The notes under the pieces: model-generated
The model's database searches: none
What the model was told of the DNA's origin: nothing
The model's input: only the letters and a program-made list of their open reading frames with translations
Program-made: the position numbers and the translations under genes
In this document: piece after piece, positions 35,786 to 49,122 of the stretch
Layout: every line of letters begins with the position of its first letter
Numbering within the stretch: position 1 is the first letter of the stretch
Assembly: GCF_963921235.1 (NCBI RefSeq)
Contig: NC_086097.1
Location: 152,460,001 to 152,524,000 of the forward strand
Direction of reading: 5' to 3'
Origin: Mobula hypostoma
Lineage: Eukaryota
DNA length: 64,000 nucleotides

Positions 35786-36699
35786 TGTTGGATCAAAAGA
35801 CAAAAGCAGATGCTGCACCATAAGCATTTGTGTCCAATCTATCTGAGGGGATATTTGAGGTTGAAAGAAGTTGGTGGGGAGTGCTGATGAGCCATAGAGT
35901 GTCGGTGGGTGGATTGTGACAAAACAATTGAGAAAACTCATTGGAATAATGTGCTTGATTTGCTTTTACAGAAAGAGATGGATCCTGATCAAGTTCATTT
36001 TGTTCAAGTCATCATTTTAAACTAAAAATGAGTCCAATATTTCTCTCAGCTTCCTGTTTGGTTCATTGCAGTAATCACTTTGTTCAACAGTTTTCTTCAG
36101 CTTTAAAGTTCAGAGGTTTTCTCTTCTGTTGCTTCAAGGAAAAAAAAAATCAGGCCTGATTAGTTAATATGCACATATTTTCAATGTATTTACATATTCT
36201 TATTTTAGGCATTTTTAGGAACAACCTACAGTTATATATTTATCATGCATCAAAATGGCTCATTAGTGAATTGGAGGCTACAACAGACGAAGATTAATGG
36301 TGAGATCGAAAACCTTATATGCTAATGAGGTTTTCAATGCATAATATTCTGTGGAGGGGCTCTAAAGAACTCTAAAGTAAATGAACAATCATAAATAAGT
36401 TCACACCAATCTAAAGTGTATCTGTTCATCCAATGTCAATACCTAGAAGAAGACTGCTACTTCTACAAATGGTAAAATGTTTATCTTTAATGTTTGAATG
36501 AAAGGACAGTTTTAATGATTGGCCAATTCGTATATTTTCAGATTTCATTTTGTGTCAGAGTTGAATTAGTTAACCTTTAGTGATGTACTGATCGAAAAGA
36601 TTTAACTTTTGGCCTCCACTGCCCACTAAACCCCCTCCCCCAAACAGACCCCCCCCCCACTGATGCTCTTGGCTCCAGGCTTTCATTCTGCTAATTCCT

Positions 36700-39600
36700 T
36701 GCTCTTTCCCACAAACTGCAGTAGAGGTTGTTGAGAGCTTTTAGTTGTTAGTAATAAATATCATTAATATCTTGCCTTGATTCAACCACATAGACACCAT
36801 AGCCAACAAAGCACACAATTAATTCTACTACCTCAGAAGATTAAGAAAATAACTCAGTGTTCCTGATAGACCATAAGACATAGGAGCAGAATTAGGCCAT
36901 TCAACCCATTGTGTCTGCTCCACCATTCCATGATGGTTGATCATCAGTCAACCCATACATCTGCCTTGTTGCCATATCCTTTGATGCCCTGACCAATCAG
37001 GAAACTAAAAATATTTCCTTCTTACCTCTGTTCCAAAAGGTCACCCCTCAATTTTGAGGATGTGCTCTTTACTTCAGGATATCCCCACCACAGGAAACTT
37101 CCTTTCCACATTCACTCTATCTAGTCCTTCCAACATTGGGTAGGTAAAATGAGATCCCTCACATTCTTCTAAATTCCAGTGCCTGACAAGTCTCTCATAA
37201 AGCCTCAGCATTATCTCCTTGCTTTTATATTCTATTCCCATTGAAATAAATGCCAACATAGCATTTGTCTTCTTTACAACAGACTCAACCTGTAAATTAA
37301 CCTTCTGGGAGTCTTGTACGAGGACTCTGAAGCCACTTTGCACTTCTGATGTTTGTACTTTCTCCCCATTTTGGTAATAGTTGACACTATTGTTCCTCTT
37401 ACTGAAATGCATTCTCATATATTTCTCAGCACTGTATTCCATCTGCCACTTTTTGTCCGTTCTTCCAATTTGTCTGTCCTGCTGCAATTGCATCACATCC
37501 TCAGCACTACCAACCCCTCCACCTATCTTTGTATCATCTTCAAACTTTGCCACAAAGCCATCAATTCTATTATCTAAATCACTTAAAAACAAAGTGTAAA
37601 GTAGTGGTCCCAATACTGACCCATGAGGAGCACCACTCGTCACTGGTAGCCAACCAGAAAAGCCCTTCTTTATTCCCACTCACTGTCTCCTGCCTGACAG
37701 CTATTCCTCTATCCATGCCAGTATCTTTCCTGTAACACCATAGGATTTAATCTTGTTAAGCAGCCTCATGTGTGGCACCTTATATAATTCCTTGCAAAAA
37801 TCCAAGTAAATAAAATCCACTACCTCTACTTTGTCCACCCTACTTGTTACTTCCTTGAAGAACTCTAACAGATTTGTCAGGCAAAACTTCCCTTCACAGA
37901 AGCAATGTTGAATTTGACATATTTTATCATCAATCTCCAAATACCCCAAAATCTCATCCTTAATAATAGACTTCAACACTTTCCCAACTACTGAGGTTAG
38001 GCTAATTGGCCTATAATTTCCTTTCTTTTCCATTCCTCCCTTCTTAAAGAGTGCAGTGATATTTGCAATCTTCTAGTCCTCTGGGACCATCAAATGATTC
38101 TTGAAAGATCATGTCCAATGCATCCGTTATCTCTTCAGCAACCTCTCTCAGGATTCTGGAATGTAAGCCATCTGGTCTGGGTGACTTATCCACCTTAAGA
38201 CCTTTGAGTTTGCCTAGAAGATTTTCTTTTGAAATAGCAATGGCACTCACTCCTGCTTCCTGACAATCATGGACCTCTGGCACTCTGCTAGTTCTGTCCA
38301 CAGTGAAGACAGATGAAAAGTACTCCTTAGATAGCTTTTCCCTCATTACTACCTCACCAACATCATTTTCCAGTGGTCCAATATCAACTTTTTCACTTCA
38401 TATAATTAAAAAATACTTTGGTTATCCTGCTTTATATTATTGGCTAGTTTGCCCTCCTATTTCATTTTTTCCCTTCTCGTAGCTTTTATGGTTGCCTTTT
38501 GTTAGAATTTAAAAGCTTCCCAATCATCCAACTTCCCACTCACTTTTGCTACTTTATATGCCTTTTCCTTGGCTTTTATATGGTCCTGAACTTTCTTTGG
38601 CAGCCATGGTTGCCTACCGCTGCTATCTGAGAACTTCTTCTTCTTCTGTAGGACATATCTATCCTGCGCTTTGTGAACTATTCCCGGAAACTTCAGCCAT
38701 CTCTGCTCTGCCATCATTCCTGCCAATATCCTCCTCCAATCCAACTGGGCAAGCTCTTCTCTCATGTCTCTGTAATTCCCTTTATTCCATCGTGATACTG
38801 ATACTTGTGACTTATGCTTCTCCCTATCAAGTTGCAGTATGCTCATATTATGATCATTGTCTCCTAAGGGTTCCTTTACATTAAGCTCCCTAATAAGATC
38901 TGGGTTATTACATAAGATAGCTTTTCCTTGAGTAGGCTCAAACACAAGCTGCTCTACAAAGCCATCTCATAGGTACTCAACAAATTCCCTCTCTTACAAT
39001 TTGGCACCAACCAGATTTTTCAATCCTCTTGTTTATTGTGGTCCCTCATTACAAGTGTGCCTGACATGCCTTTTCCAGCTCCCTTTGCAATCTCAACCCC
39101 ACACACTGGCTATTACTTGAAGGCTTATATATGATTCCCATAGCTTTTTTTTAACCCTTGTCGTTTCTTAACTCAACCCACAAAGATTCAGCATTCTCTG
39201 ACCTTATGTCACCTCTTTCTAAAGATGTAATTCCATCTCTTACTAACAGAGCCACCCCACTGCTTATGCCTTCCTGCTTGTCCTTTCGATACAAAATATA
39301 TCCTTTGATGTTAATCTCCCAACTGTGGCCTTCTTTCAGCCACAATACAGTGATGACCACAACGTCATACCAACTAATCTCTAATTGTGCCTCGAATTCA
39401 TCCACCTTATTTGGAGTGCTACACACTTTTAAATACAGCACCTTCCATCCTGCATTCTTCACCCTTTTGAATTTTGACTCTGTGGTATATTTTAACTCTT
39501 TGCTCTATCTGCATTCGTACCCAATCATTGGCTTGTCCTTCCTTACATTCATGTTACACCCATCACCCACCTGAGGATGCTAGTGCATCCTCAGTTCTCT

Positions 39601-40155
39601 CATATTGGTTCCCAACCCCTGCCATATTGGTTTGAACCTTCACTATTTTTTTTATAGATGTAGCAAAGAGACCATTCTATCCAGACGCATCATAGCTTGC
39701 TCTGCCCAAGATTATAAGAAATTGCAGAGAGCTGTGAACACAGACCAAACTATAACAAAGCCTCTCTCCTCTCCAGTTGGTCTACCTACACTTCCCACTG
39801 CCATAAGAAAGCCGCCAGCATAATGAAAGACTCCTGCCACCCTGGTCACCCTCTCTTCTTTCCCTCTTCTATCAGGCAAAAAGCACAAAGACCTGACAAC
39901 ATGCAATTCCATGCTCAGGAAAAGCTTCTATTCTGTTGTTATCAGATGCTTAAACAGACATCTTGTATGAGAAAGATGAACTCTTAATCTCTCAGTTTAC
40001 TTCGTCATGGCCTTTGTATTTCATCTTGTTGCACAGTGCTTTCTCTGCAATGATAACTCTGCATTTTGCATTATAGTCATGCATTTACCTTTGTAGTACT
40101 TTGATGTGTTTATGTTTGGAATGATCTGTCTGGATGGCATGTAAAACAAAGTACA
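36700..40155 (+). mobile_element. Old Rex1-like LINE fragment split into about 36700-36866 and 39632-40155 by a CR1 insertion
   Basis: Left part has TTCTACTACCTCAGAAGATTAAGAAAA (YYLRRLRK-like); right part encodes FYRCSKETILS...CSAQDYKKLQRAVNT. Confidence 0.65.
36867..39631 (-). mobile_element. Near full-ORF2 CR1 LINE, decayed
   Basis: Endonuclease N-term (KVLYL...DVVVITVLWLKEG...YRKD), EPLGDNDHN, KSPRPDG, GNYRPISLTS, PHGSVLGP, FEDDTK; tail (TCTTATGG). Confidence 0.92.
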
Positions 40156-40157
40156 TT

Positions 40158-40410
40158 TGGGGCCCCATCATAGCATAGCAGTTAGTGCGACACTACTACA
40201 GTGTGGAGCGCTGGAGTTCAGAGTTCAATTCAAGGGCTGTTTGTAGTGAGTTTGTACGGTCTTCCCATAACCATGTGGGTTTCGTCCGGGTGCTCCGGTT
40301 TCCTCCCGCATTCCAAAGACGTATCTGTTAGTAGATTAATTAGTCATTGTAAGTTGTCCTGTGATTAGGTAGGGTTAAATAGGGTGGTTGCTGGCTGGGT
40401 CAATAATAAA
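40158..40410 (+). mobile_element. tRNA-derived V-SINE-like element
   Basis: A-box-like TAGCATAGCAG, B-box GTTCAATTC, V-domain-like GTGGGTTTCGTCCGGGTGCTCCGGTTTCCTCCCGCATTCCAAAGAC. Confidence 0.8.
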
Positions 40411-40622
40411 TCAATTATCATTTATTGATTACCAGCATATACAGGTTACCATCAAAGTCACTGGGGTCTGGATCAGGTTCTATTGGATTTTTGTCAATTC
40501 CATATTCTGTCTTCATTAGACAGCCCACAGATCTTCTGCCTCTTGAACAATTCCTGATTCCCTCTTTATCCAAACATATCCCCAAACCTGGCCCACTCCA
40601 AACAAGCTTTGCTCTGTGTTAC

Positions 40623-40850
40623 TGTGGTAAACCATATATATGTTGTAACTGGGTTACCTGTCTGGACACGCCCCTCTGCTGACTGGCCCTGTGGCTCCTC
40701 CCACAGATCCCTGAATAAAGGTGATGTCACCTTGCCCCTCCCCCTCAGTCCGGGGACAGACACTCACCGTGGAGGTCATATTTTACTGCGAATAAAAGCC
40801 TTTCAGTATTTACCCTACTTCAGTCTTTTGGAATTATTGAAGGTGCTTCA
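40623..40850 (+). mobile_element. 228-bp solo LTR
   Basis: TG...CA ends; perfect 5-bp TSD GTTAC at 40618-40622 and 40851-40855; AATAAA at about 40714 and 40791. Confidence 0.85.
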
Positions 40851-41737
40851 GTTACTACAACACCTCGGGTTTTAGTTCTGACCAGCATGATATTTACTTA
40901 CAACCAAATCTGTCACCAGAAGTCACTTTATGTTCGCTTTGGTTTTTGCTGCTCTAAAACTACATGTTTTACTATTGATCTATATTAAATTCAAAAGCAC
41001 TTAGTATGTCAAGTGTCTTCTGTGTAGAGAGAAGCAGTTAAGGTTCTGGGTCAATGCAGTTTTTCCAGAATTTCCAGTTCCCTTCTTTTTTTCAAACTCT
41101 TCTCTATCTTACTCTATTTCATTGAATAGTTCACCTTGTTCCATATGATCTGTGTTGTATTCTTGAATAATTTCTTTATATTCTCAGCCTAGAAAATAAA
41201 TCATTTACTCCTATTTCTTGTGCTTGAACAATGCACAGCATATGATCTTGGATATTTCTTGCAGCGTTTGCCATTGGGAATTGTGAACAGGCACTTCCTG
41301 CCACATTTCTCCCTAATATCGATACAGTTTTCCATAGCATTTTCTGCAAATAATGATCTAATCAACCTGCATAAACTGGATCAGAAGGCTAAAATTTAAG
41401 ACCAACATTTTTAATATGTTTCAACACTGAGTGCATCATGCTGAGGGATGTGAAACATTTGCGATTTAAAATATTTGTGATATATATAGATTATATATTG
41501 AAAATTATCTTTTAAAGCTTGAATTCTATAAAACAGTTGTTGGCCTTGGTACAGATAAGGCTTCTGTAAGCTGTTAAATGCAGTTCATTGATCCTTTAAT
41601 CTCTGATCTGTGATCTGCTGTTGTTGCTGTTGCTGTTGCTAAACACTGTGACACAGGACTTCCATGACCAGGGGTGAGATGGCTTCATTCTAGGCTCAGT
41701 TGTGTTTTCTTCAGACAAGAGACTCAAGGCCATAAAC

Positions 41738-41817
41738 CTATACAGTCATCCTATACAGTCATCCCATACCTATACAGTCATCCCATTCATGTATATACCT
41801 ATACAGTCACCCATTCA
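41738..41817. repeat. Short irregular tandem repeat of CCTATACAGTCA (4 copies)
   Basis: Direct inspection. Confidence 0.8.
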
Positions 41818-42965
41818 GTATGTTTCCTTTGCATCAGATATGCTTATTGTTTACATCAGTCCCCTTTCACAGGACAGGATTTATATACAGAAGGCCTCAG
41901 CACTGAGGATGGAGCTGCCTTCACCAAACAAACTTTGACTTGGGAAACCCACACAAAGTAGATGTGATATTTTTCCCGTAGGTCATCTGTGAATGTGCGT
42001 AGTTAGCTGATGACTGTAGATTATGGGATGTTAGTTTCATAGACAAATACTTTTTTTAAAAATTAACTTTCTGGGCCAATGCCAAACTGCCGTGCAAACC
42101 AAATTTTTATGGGTCTTGGTTTAGTCCCAACTTCCCCATGCAGAAATGTAACATTTGTTGTGCCTGTACAACTACAAATCAATTAAAATAAAAGCCCGCA
42201 TGCAGGAAATGGGTTAACTGGTGTATTCACATTGCAGCGAGAGAGAGAGAGAGTGAAAGCAATGTGCATGCATAGACAACAGATCTATACCCATTGGTAA
42301 GTTATCAGTTCATACGTATTCCTAAGCAGAGTCATTGCTCCAGACAAAATAGATCTATACATTACAGTTTCCCCCCCTTTAGATGAATGTAACATAAAAC
42401 TGTATATGTAACAAAAGATTTAAATTCACTTTAATAACCCATATTCAAGTATACATACTTTTACAATAACAGTCTATAACTAACTTCACTATCCTAATGA
42501 TTCAGTCTTTTAGGTGGTACTTTGTTTCTTTCAGGTTTGTGCCTTTGGACCTGTGGAGTGGCATCAGGTTTGGCAGGTGTCTTATCAAAAACAACTTTCT
42601 CTTTTGCAGGTATCACATTGCTGTTAATGACATGATCATCACGAGAGTTAAGTCCAGTGGCTGTAATGCGTCCATCTTGTTGGATGCACTTAACTCAGGT
42701 GTGTTCTTCAGTACAGCACCCAGTATCTGGTCCAAATGATGTCTCCATGTCTGATCTCCAACATCCACTATGAACATCAGTGGTCCAATTCTCGTAGTTA
42801 TCCTACCAGGTATCTACTTGTCTTCTCAGTAATCATGCTCCAGGACTTCCTGTCCAACCTCGAAGCTCCTTGCAGATTCACTTGGAAAATGGCTGAACTG
42901 TCTATTCTGTACTTCCCTCCGGAGGTCTGGTTTCAGGAGGTCTATGCAAGATCTCAGTTTCCTTC

Positions 42966-43749
42966 TCATGAACAACATTGAATTGTTTGATTTGTCATTC
43001 CATGAACAGAGTTCCGATTAATGAAAAGGAACTTGTCCGCCCCGTGCTGGAGGTGCTCTTCATCATTCTTGCCGGTCACAATGATATCATCAAGAAAATA
43101 TTCCGCTCGTGGGATATCTTGGTGTACATGGTCCATTGTCCTTTGCCAAACTGCTAAAGCTGATGCGACACCGAAGATGAAATGATTACAGTGGAACAGT
43201 CTCTTGTGAGTGTTGATTGTGAGGAACTTACTGCTTGACTCTTCAATCTCATTTGCAGATAGACTTGTGACAATCAGTCTTTGAAAATCTCTCCCCACCT
43301 GCCAAAGATGGAAATACATCTTCTATTCATGGCAGGGGATACTGCACAGCATGCAGCACAGTGTTGATGCTTACTTTGAAGTCTCTGCATATGTGAACAG
43401 CTCCGGCATTTCCTTTCTTAAATACCAGGATAATGTGCATGGCCCAATCACTCCATTCAACCTTGGAAAGAATATCAGATGCCTCCAAGCTCTTCAGTAC
43501 AACATCCACTTTAAAAAGTGGTGTGTAAGGCACTGGATGCGCATCATGGAAATTTAGTGTTGCCGCTTCATCCAGTTCAATTCTGACCTTCACGCCTTTG
43601 AGTTTACCTATCCCCTTCTCAAACATCTTTTCGTTAGCATTAAGCAATTGTGCTGGTCTCTGGTTAATGCTACCAGTTGGGTTGCAGTTGCCTACTGATG
43701 ACACATTGTGAGCTTTGATTGCTTGCTGGTCTAGTTGGATTTTTCTCAA
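42966..43749 (-). pseudogene. Gypsy RT remnants fused to an integrase C-terminal remnant
   Basis: VEWSDWA...VHICRDFKVSIN...QYPLP; LTINTHKRLF...FGVASA...YFLDDIIVTGKNDEEHLQ joined directly to DKFLFINRNSVHGMTNQT. Confidence 0.85.
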
Positions 43750-44277
43750 CCATTCACACCCAAAATGTGCTGGCCCTGCACTTCCCAGTACATAAAACTC
43801 TAATTGTTATATTTGGCCTCCATACATCACATTTACTTTCAGTTTGCCTTTGGAAGACACTTTTTCACCTGTGTAGGTATTTAGCATCACTGAGGTCTTC
43901 TCTAATGGTATCTTAGAAAACATTCTGCAGTAGTCAGCCTCCGAAATTATGGAAAAAGTTGATGCTATCCAGCTCCGCTTTCAGTTTTACACCAGACAGA
44001 TCTATTGTGATCCAAATGATTTTGTGATCTGCTTCAGTAATACTATGTAGTGCTAGGCATGACAGCTCACTTTCGTCAGACTTTGTATTGTCTGATTCTG
44101 TTTCATATTTAGTTACTTTGCATTTGTTTAATTTTTTTGTTAGAAAGTTTTCACTCTATGTGGTTTTACTCTTTGATTGTGCTTTTGTTTGATTTGCACC
44201 CTCTCTATGTGACTTTGTCCATGATGCTTCCTGCAATCTTTTTCTTTGAACCAACAGTCATTGCATCCTGGAAGGAT

Positions 44278-44880
44278 TTACCACATTGATAACACTTTTG
44301 GTTTTTTTGCACTATTTAGAGACATTATGTGGATTTCACATTCCAAACTCTTTTTCTGTAGTTCTGCTGAATCCTTTGCTACAATCTCTAAAGATATTGC
44401 AATGGTCAATGCCCATTCTAAGTTTAGGTCTCTATCTGACAATAGCCTTTTTTTGGTGCTTTGACTATGCATGCCACATACCAGCCTATCCCTTAATGCA
44501 TCCAAAAGTCCATCTCTAAAGTCACAGCACTGGGAAAGTTTGCGTAGTTCTGCAATGTATTCAGAAATACATTCATCCTTTGACCGGTTCCTTTTGTTAA
44601 ATCTAAATATCTCAGCTACTACCAGCAGTTTGAAGCTCAAATTATATTGTAAAATTGTAACAATTGCATCAAATATCTTGCTTGCTGGCTTTTTAGGAGT
44701 TACTAAGTTGTGCAAAAGCCTGTATGTTTTAGCACACATTAAGTTAAGAAATATGGATACTTTCTTTTCCTTATGCACATCATTCTCATTGCAATACAGT
44801 TTAAACTTCTCAATATACGGTTCCCAGTCCTTATTAACACTATCAAATTCAGCAATTTTCCCAACTAAGGCCATCAACAT
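44278..44880 (-). pseudogene. Gypsy gag remnant
   Basis: MALVGKIAEFDSVNKDWEPYIEKF...RFNKRNRSKDECISEYIAELRKLSQCCDF...LRDRLVCG. Confidence 0.85.
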
Positions 44881-45829
44881 GTTATTTTCATTTTAACTTT
44901 CCTAAATGTGCATCTTTCATTGTATACTGTGCACTATTACTCATTCATTCCTTTGTTTCCGGACCGTGCCTGTCTTCCGTCTTCTCTGTATAAACAGTAT
45001 CTTAAATAGAATTTAAACAGAATCTTTCCTCTTGCTGTCTCCTGTAACTGTCGGTGCCATTGCTGACATTCACTGGCTTTCAGATTCGTACTCATCGCCA
45101 ATTTATTATGTCCGTACAACTACACATCAATTAAAATAAAAGTACGCACATGGGAGATGATTTTAACTGGTGTATTCACATTGCAGGAAGAGAGGGAAAG
45201 CACAGATCAGAGCACAGAGCATGTGTAGACAACAGATCATTGCATATAGCTAAGTTATCAGTCTATGAGTAGTGCTAAGAAGAGTCATTGCTCTAAAAGA
45301 AGTAGATCCATACATTACAACATTTATTTTAATTTTTCCATGCTAAATCCCTTTGAGTCAAATTGCCATATTAGGGAAAATGATGGTGTGGAATGCATTC
45401 TTTTTAGTAACTTGGTTGTACTCCTGAAATTTTGAATGCAAAAATTCATTTTGCGAGCAGGTTTCTGATATGAGAAAAGCTTACATTCAGTTGATTGGAA
45501 ACAGGTTTTGCACAGACATGAATGGAATTGTTGTTTTCAGCCCCATCTTCAAAAGTGGTTCTGAAGGGAACTCATTGGGGTTTATATGGAGAAAGTTTCA
45601 AAGAGTGGAGTGAAAAATTGTTTCAAACAACAAGATTTTAAGGATGTGGAAGTAATTAAAACTAATATCTTAATCAACTGCCAAAAATTATGGCAAATTT
45701 TGTTAGGACAATAAGGAAGGAGACAAAAAAATCAGAAGGGGCAGCAAATATTAAAGTGCACACATGATTTTAAAATCTGCAATCAGACAAATAAAGTAAA
45801 TGATGGAGAACTTAGAAACATTAATCTAC

Positions 45830-46450
45830 AAAGTGTCTTTGGGGTGCAAGCTCATAGCTTCCTGAGAATGGTGACTCAGATGGATAGGGTGGAGACAAAT
45901 GTATTTCACTTGCTTGCCTTCTCAGGCAAGGGTATTGAGTATAAGAGTTAGAACATCACATTGCAGCTGTGCAAGACTTTGGTTCAGTTACACTTGGAAC
46001 ATTTTCTGCAGTTCTCTTCATCACACTACAGAAGGAATATGGTAGCACAAGGAAGAGTGTAGACTAGGTTTGCCAGGATGTTTCATGAATTAGAAGGCTC
46101 TAGTTACAAGGAAGGATTAGACACGTTGGGATTGTTCTCACTGGACTGCAGGAGCCTGAAGGGTGACCTTAAAGACGTTTATAAAATTATGAAGGACACA
46201 AGTGGGGTACTTACAATTTTTTTAAGGGTTGAGAGACTAAAACTGGATGAAATAGGATTAAGGTCAGAGGGGAGCTATTCTGAGGGGCAATATGTTACAT
46301 TAATAGTGGTTGGTATATGGAGTGAGCTGCCAGAGGGCCAGAGGAGGTGGTAGAGGCATGTACAGTCATAGAGGTTAACGTGCATTTGGTTATGTACACG
46401 GATAGGAGAAGAATAGAAGCATGTGGGCCAATGCAGGAAAATAGTATGTT
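45830..46450 (+). mobile_element. Decayed CR1 3' fragment
   Basis: SYKEGLDTLGLFSLDCRSLKGDLKDVYKIMK...WSELPE. Confidence 0.75.
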
Positions 46451-46815
46451 AGCGAGTTCCAGGATTGGAGGCCTGATGCTGGTCAGCAGGTCCTGAAGCC
46501 GGAGGCCTGATGTCTTCAAGTCTGGTGGTTGGCGGCCCAGAGATGGTCTGCCAAGGGTCATCCGTGTGTGTGGGTAGGGAGGTGGAAAAGTGGCTTGTTT
46601 TGTTGTTGCTCTTTGTATGTTGGCTGCACATGGTTCTGCCGAACATTGTGGGCATGTTGTGTTGGCTCCAAAATGGGTGGTGACATTTACAGGCACATCT
46701 TTAGCACATCCCATCTTGTGCTGGTTATTAATGCAAATAATGCATTTCACTGCATGTTTCAATGTGCATGTGATTAATAAATAAATCTAAATCTAACTAA
46801 ATCTAAATCTAAATC
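46450..46815 (+). mobile_element. Non-LTR 3' end with (TAAATC)n tail
   Basis: ...CATTTCACTGCATGTTTCAATGTGCATGTGATTAATAAATAAATCTAAATC; similar 3' end at 63590-63640. Confidence 0.55.
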
Positions 46816-48129
46816 TTCAAGCTGACATCAGAAAAACATTTCCTTCCTCTACAGATGAACCTGATTTACCCAAGTCACGACAAGCCTTAGTCAAGGAAAG
46901 GAAAATTTCACCTTTGATGTTATGTTCACACCTGACCTTCTCTGTTGGAAGGTTTCATATTAGCATTGGGAGATCAACAATGACATAAGCTGGGTTTGAA
47001 ACCCATGCTGTGCTCTCAGGCAATGCCTTTCTCAAGAATATCCTTTTGGTAAGCATATCAAAGGTAACTGTCACTTGAAGAACAACAATTGTTTTGGATG
47101 AGTGGAAATGCAGGCAGAAAATAGTTGGCTTTAAAATAGAAATGAAGCTACGGTGCCAACTCCAGACATAGTCTTATTTGGTTATTAAAGCATACCTGCT
47201 TCTGTTTCTAATGGTATAGAGCTTTTGTTAATAAAATCAGTCTCTAATTTAACTGAGTTAAAACCAATGGTAAATAATGTCTTCAACAATTAAATGTGAT
47301 AATTATGTAAGTTAATTTAGTACAACCTGATTGAACTCTGCCTCTTTTTACAGCTTTTCTCAGTGATAAATAAGTGAATTATAATTTACATTTGATGTGG
47401 GCTTTAATTACCTTTGTAACATCTGTAACCAGTGAGTAATCGAGAAAATAAAACCTGTCACTTCACTTAGAAAATAATTTGTGCTGATATATAGGATTAC
47501 TGAGAATTATTTACGTCGTATTACTTCATAGTAACTTCATAATTACTGTGTGATATACAAAGAATTTTCCTGTAAGTTCAATATTATTGTTTTACTTTTC
47601 AGTTTTGTGAAATTAAAATTAATAATTTTTTGTGTGAAGCATAATAAGTCTATTTCAGAGATGTTAATGCATTTATTAGAAATTTTTCTTGAGAACATAT
47701 TGTATTGACTCATCTTTGTAAATCTGTAAGGGGTTCTGTATGTGAGACGTGATGTCATAAATTATTTTGAGGTTCCCTTCGGAGCATTGTGAGGTAAATT
47801 TTTCTGTCTGTCAATAGGCACTTCTAAATATGTGATCTTAATGCTGCTGTGGCACCAACCTGGGAATTCAACGAAGTAAGCTGCTTACACCCATACTGCA
47901 CCCAACCAACCTCAATTTTTAAAACTTCCTTCACCTCGACCAATAGATTCTATCTTCAGTCAACTCTAGACTCCTCCAGACTGTGGGCCCCCTCATCCTT
48001 TTATTCTCTGGATCCAATGAACGTCCTCCAAATCCAGTAATCTCCAACATTATGGTACAACCAGCCCTCTGCCCCAAAGCATGCCATCTCCCAGACAACG
48101 TCCCAGTTTCCAGTCACACAAACACTCAT

Positions 48130-48198
48130 GCACATGTGCACATGCACAAACACACACACACACACACACACACACTTACACACAAAAAACACACACAC
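48130..48198. repeat. (CA)n microsatellite, imperfect
   Basis: Direct inspection. Confidence 0.85.
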
Positions 48199-48834
48199 TT
48201 CATCTTGTTCTGCCCTTTCTCACAGCAAAATGCAGTTGAAACCGGGGTTCCCAAGGAAGTGCCAGCAATAATTGCAACACACCACCAACATGTAAATGGA
48301 CCGCATCATATTATTTGCATCACTGACAACATATCAATAATAATTCACTGTTAGTCTATACTTTATGACTTCCCTGCTTCAAAGACAGCAATCTTTTAAA
48401 ATATCACTATCTCAAAAAAAAGTTTATAATTGTCTCATTAGCAAAATGAAGTTCCTCCAATCTTCAATTTTGATGAGGTATTTAAATGTTTACTTTATGG
48501 TCTCTGCTGTTATGGCAACCATTCTATTCCATGATATAAACCACACAATGTGGTTTACAGGTTCTGACCAATCATGACAAGGAGGGCAAGTTTCAGTTTT
48601 ATTTTATTCACTTAAAGAACTTTACATTATCATCCAGGCATTATGGAGTGGAATGCTGACAACATACTTATAATTTTTTGCGGCAAGTTTGCCTGGACAT
48701 TGGTGCAATCCTCTTTGGAAGCAATGCAAATCTACTATGTATTTTCTCCGAGAGTTTTTCAGTCTCCAGGCAGACAATTTAGAAGGAAATCTCAGGGAAG
48801 GTAAGATAAATTAGAAAATGGAACACCTCATTTT

Positions 48835-49122
48835 CTAGAGTAGCATAGAGGTGAACACAAAGCTTTACCGTGCCAGTGACCTGGGTTCAATTCCCACTGC
48901 TGTCTGTTTGAACATTCTCCCCCTGACAGCATGGGTTTTCTTTGGGTGCTCTGGTTTCCTCCTACAGTCCAAAGATGGACCAGTTGGTAGGTTTATTGGC
49001 TATTGTAAATTGTCCTGTGATTATGCTAGGATTAAAATTGGAGGGTTGCTAGGCAACAACTGGCTGGAAGGGCCTATTCTGAGCTGTATGTCAATAAGTA
49101 AGTAAGTAAATAAATAAATAAA
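48835..49122 (+). mobile_element. tRNA-derived V-SINE-like element
   Basis: B-box GGTTCAATTCC, GGGTGCTCTGGTTTCCTCCTACAGTCCAAAGA, (TAAA)n tail. Confidence 0.78.

Larger units (their letters stand above)
42156..45319 (-). mobile_element. Internally deleted Ty3/Gypsy LTR retrotransposon (copy B, same family as copy A)
   Basis: LTRs 45104-45319 and 42156-42366; primer-binding site TGGCGATGAG at 45091-45100 (-); polypurine tract AAAGGGGGGGAAAC at 42367-42380 (-); perfect 5-bp TSD ACATT at 42151-42155 and 45320-45324. Confidence 0.93.

Noticed and set aside
40158..40235. tRNA gene
   Set aside because: A/B boxes are present but no cloverleaf is evident, and it continues into a SINE body.
41738..41817. 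Repeat with variable spacers, superficially CRISPR-like
   Set aside because: 12-bp unit, very short related spacers, eukaryotic context, no cas genes; a slippage repeat.
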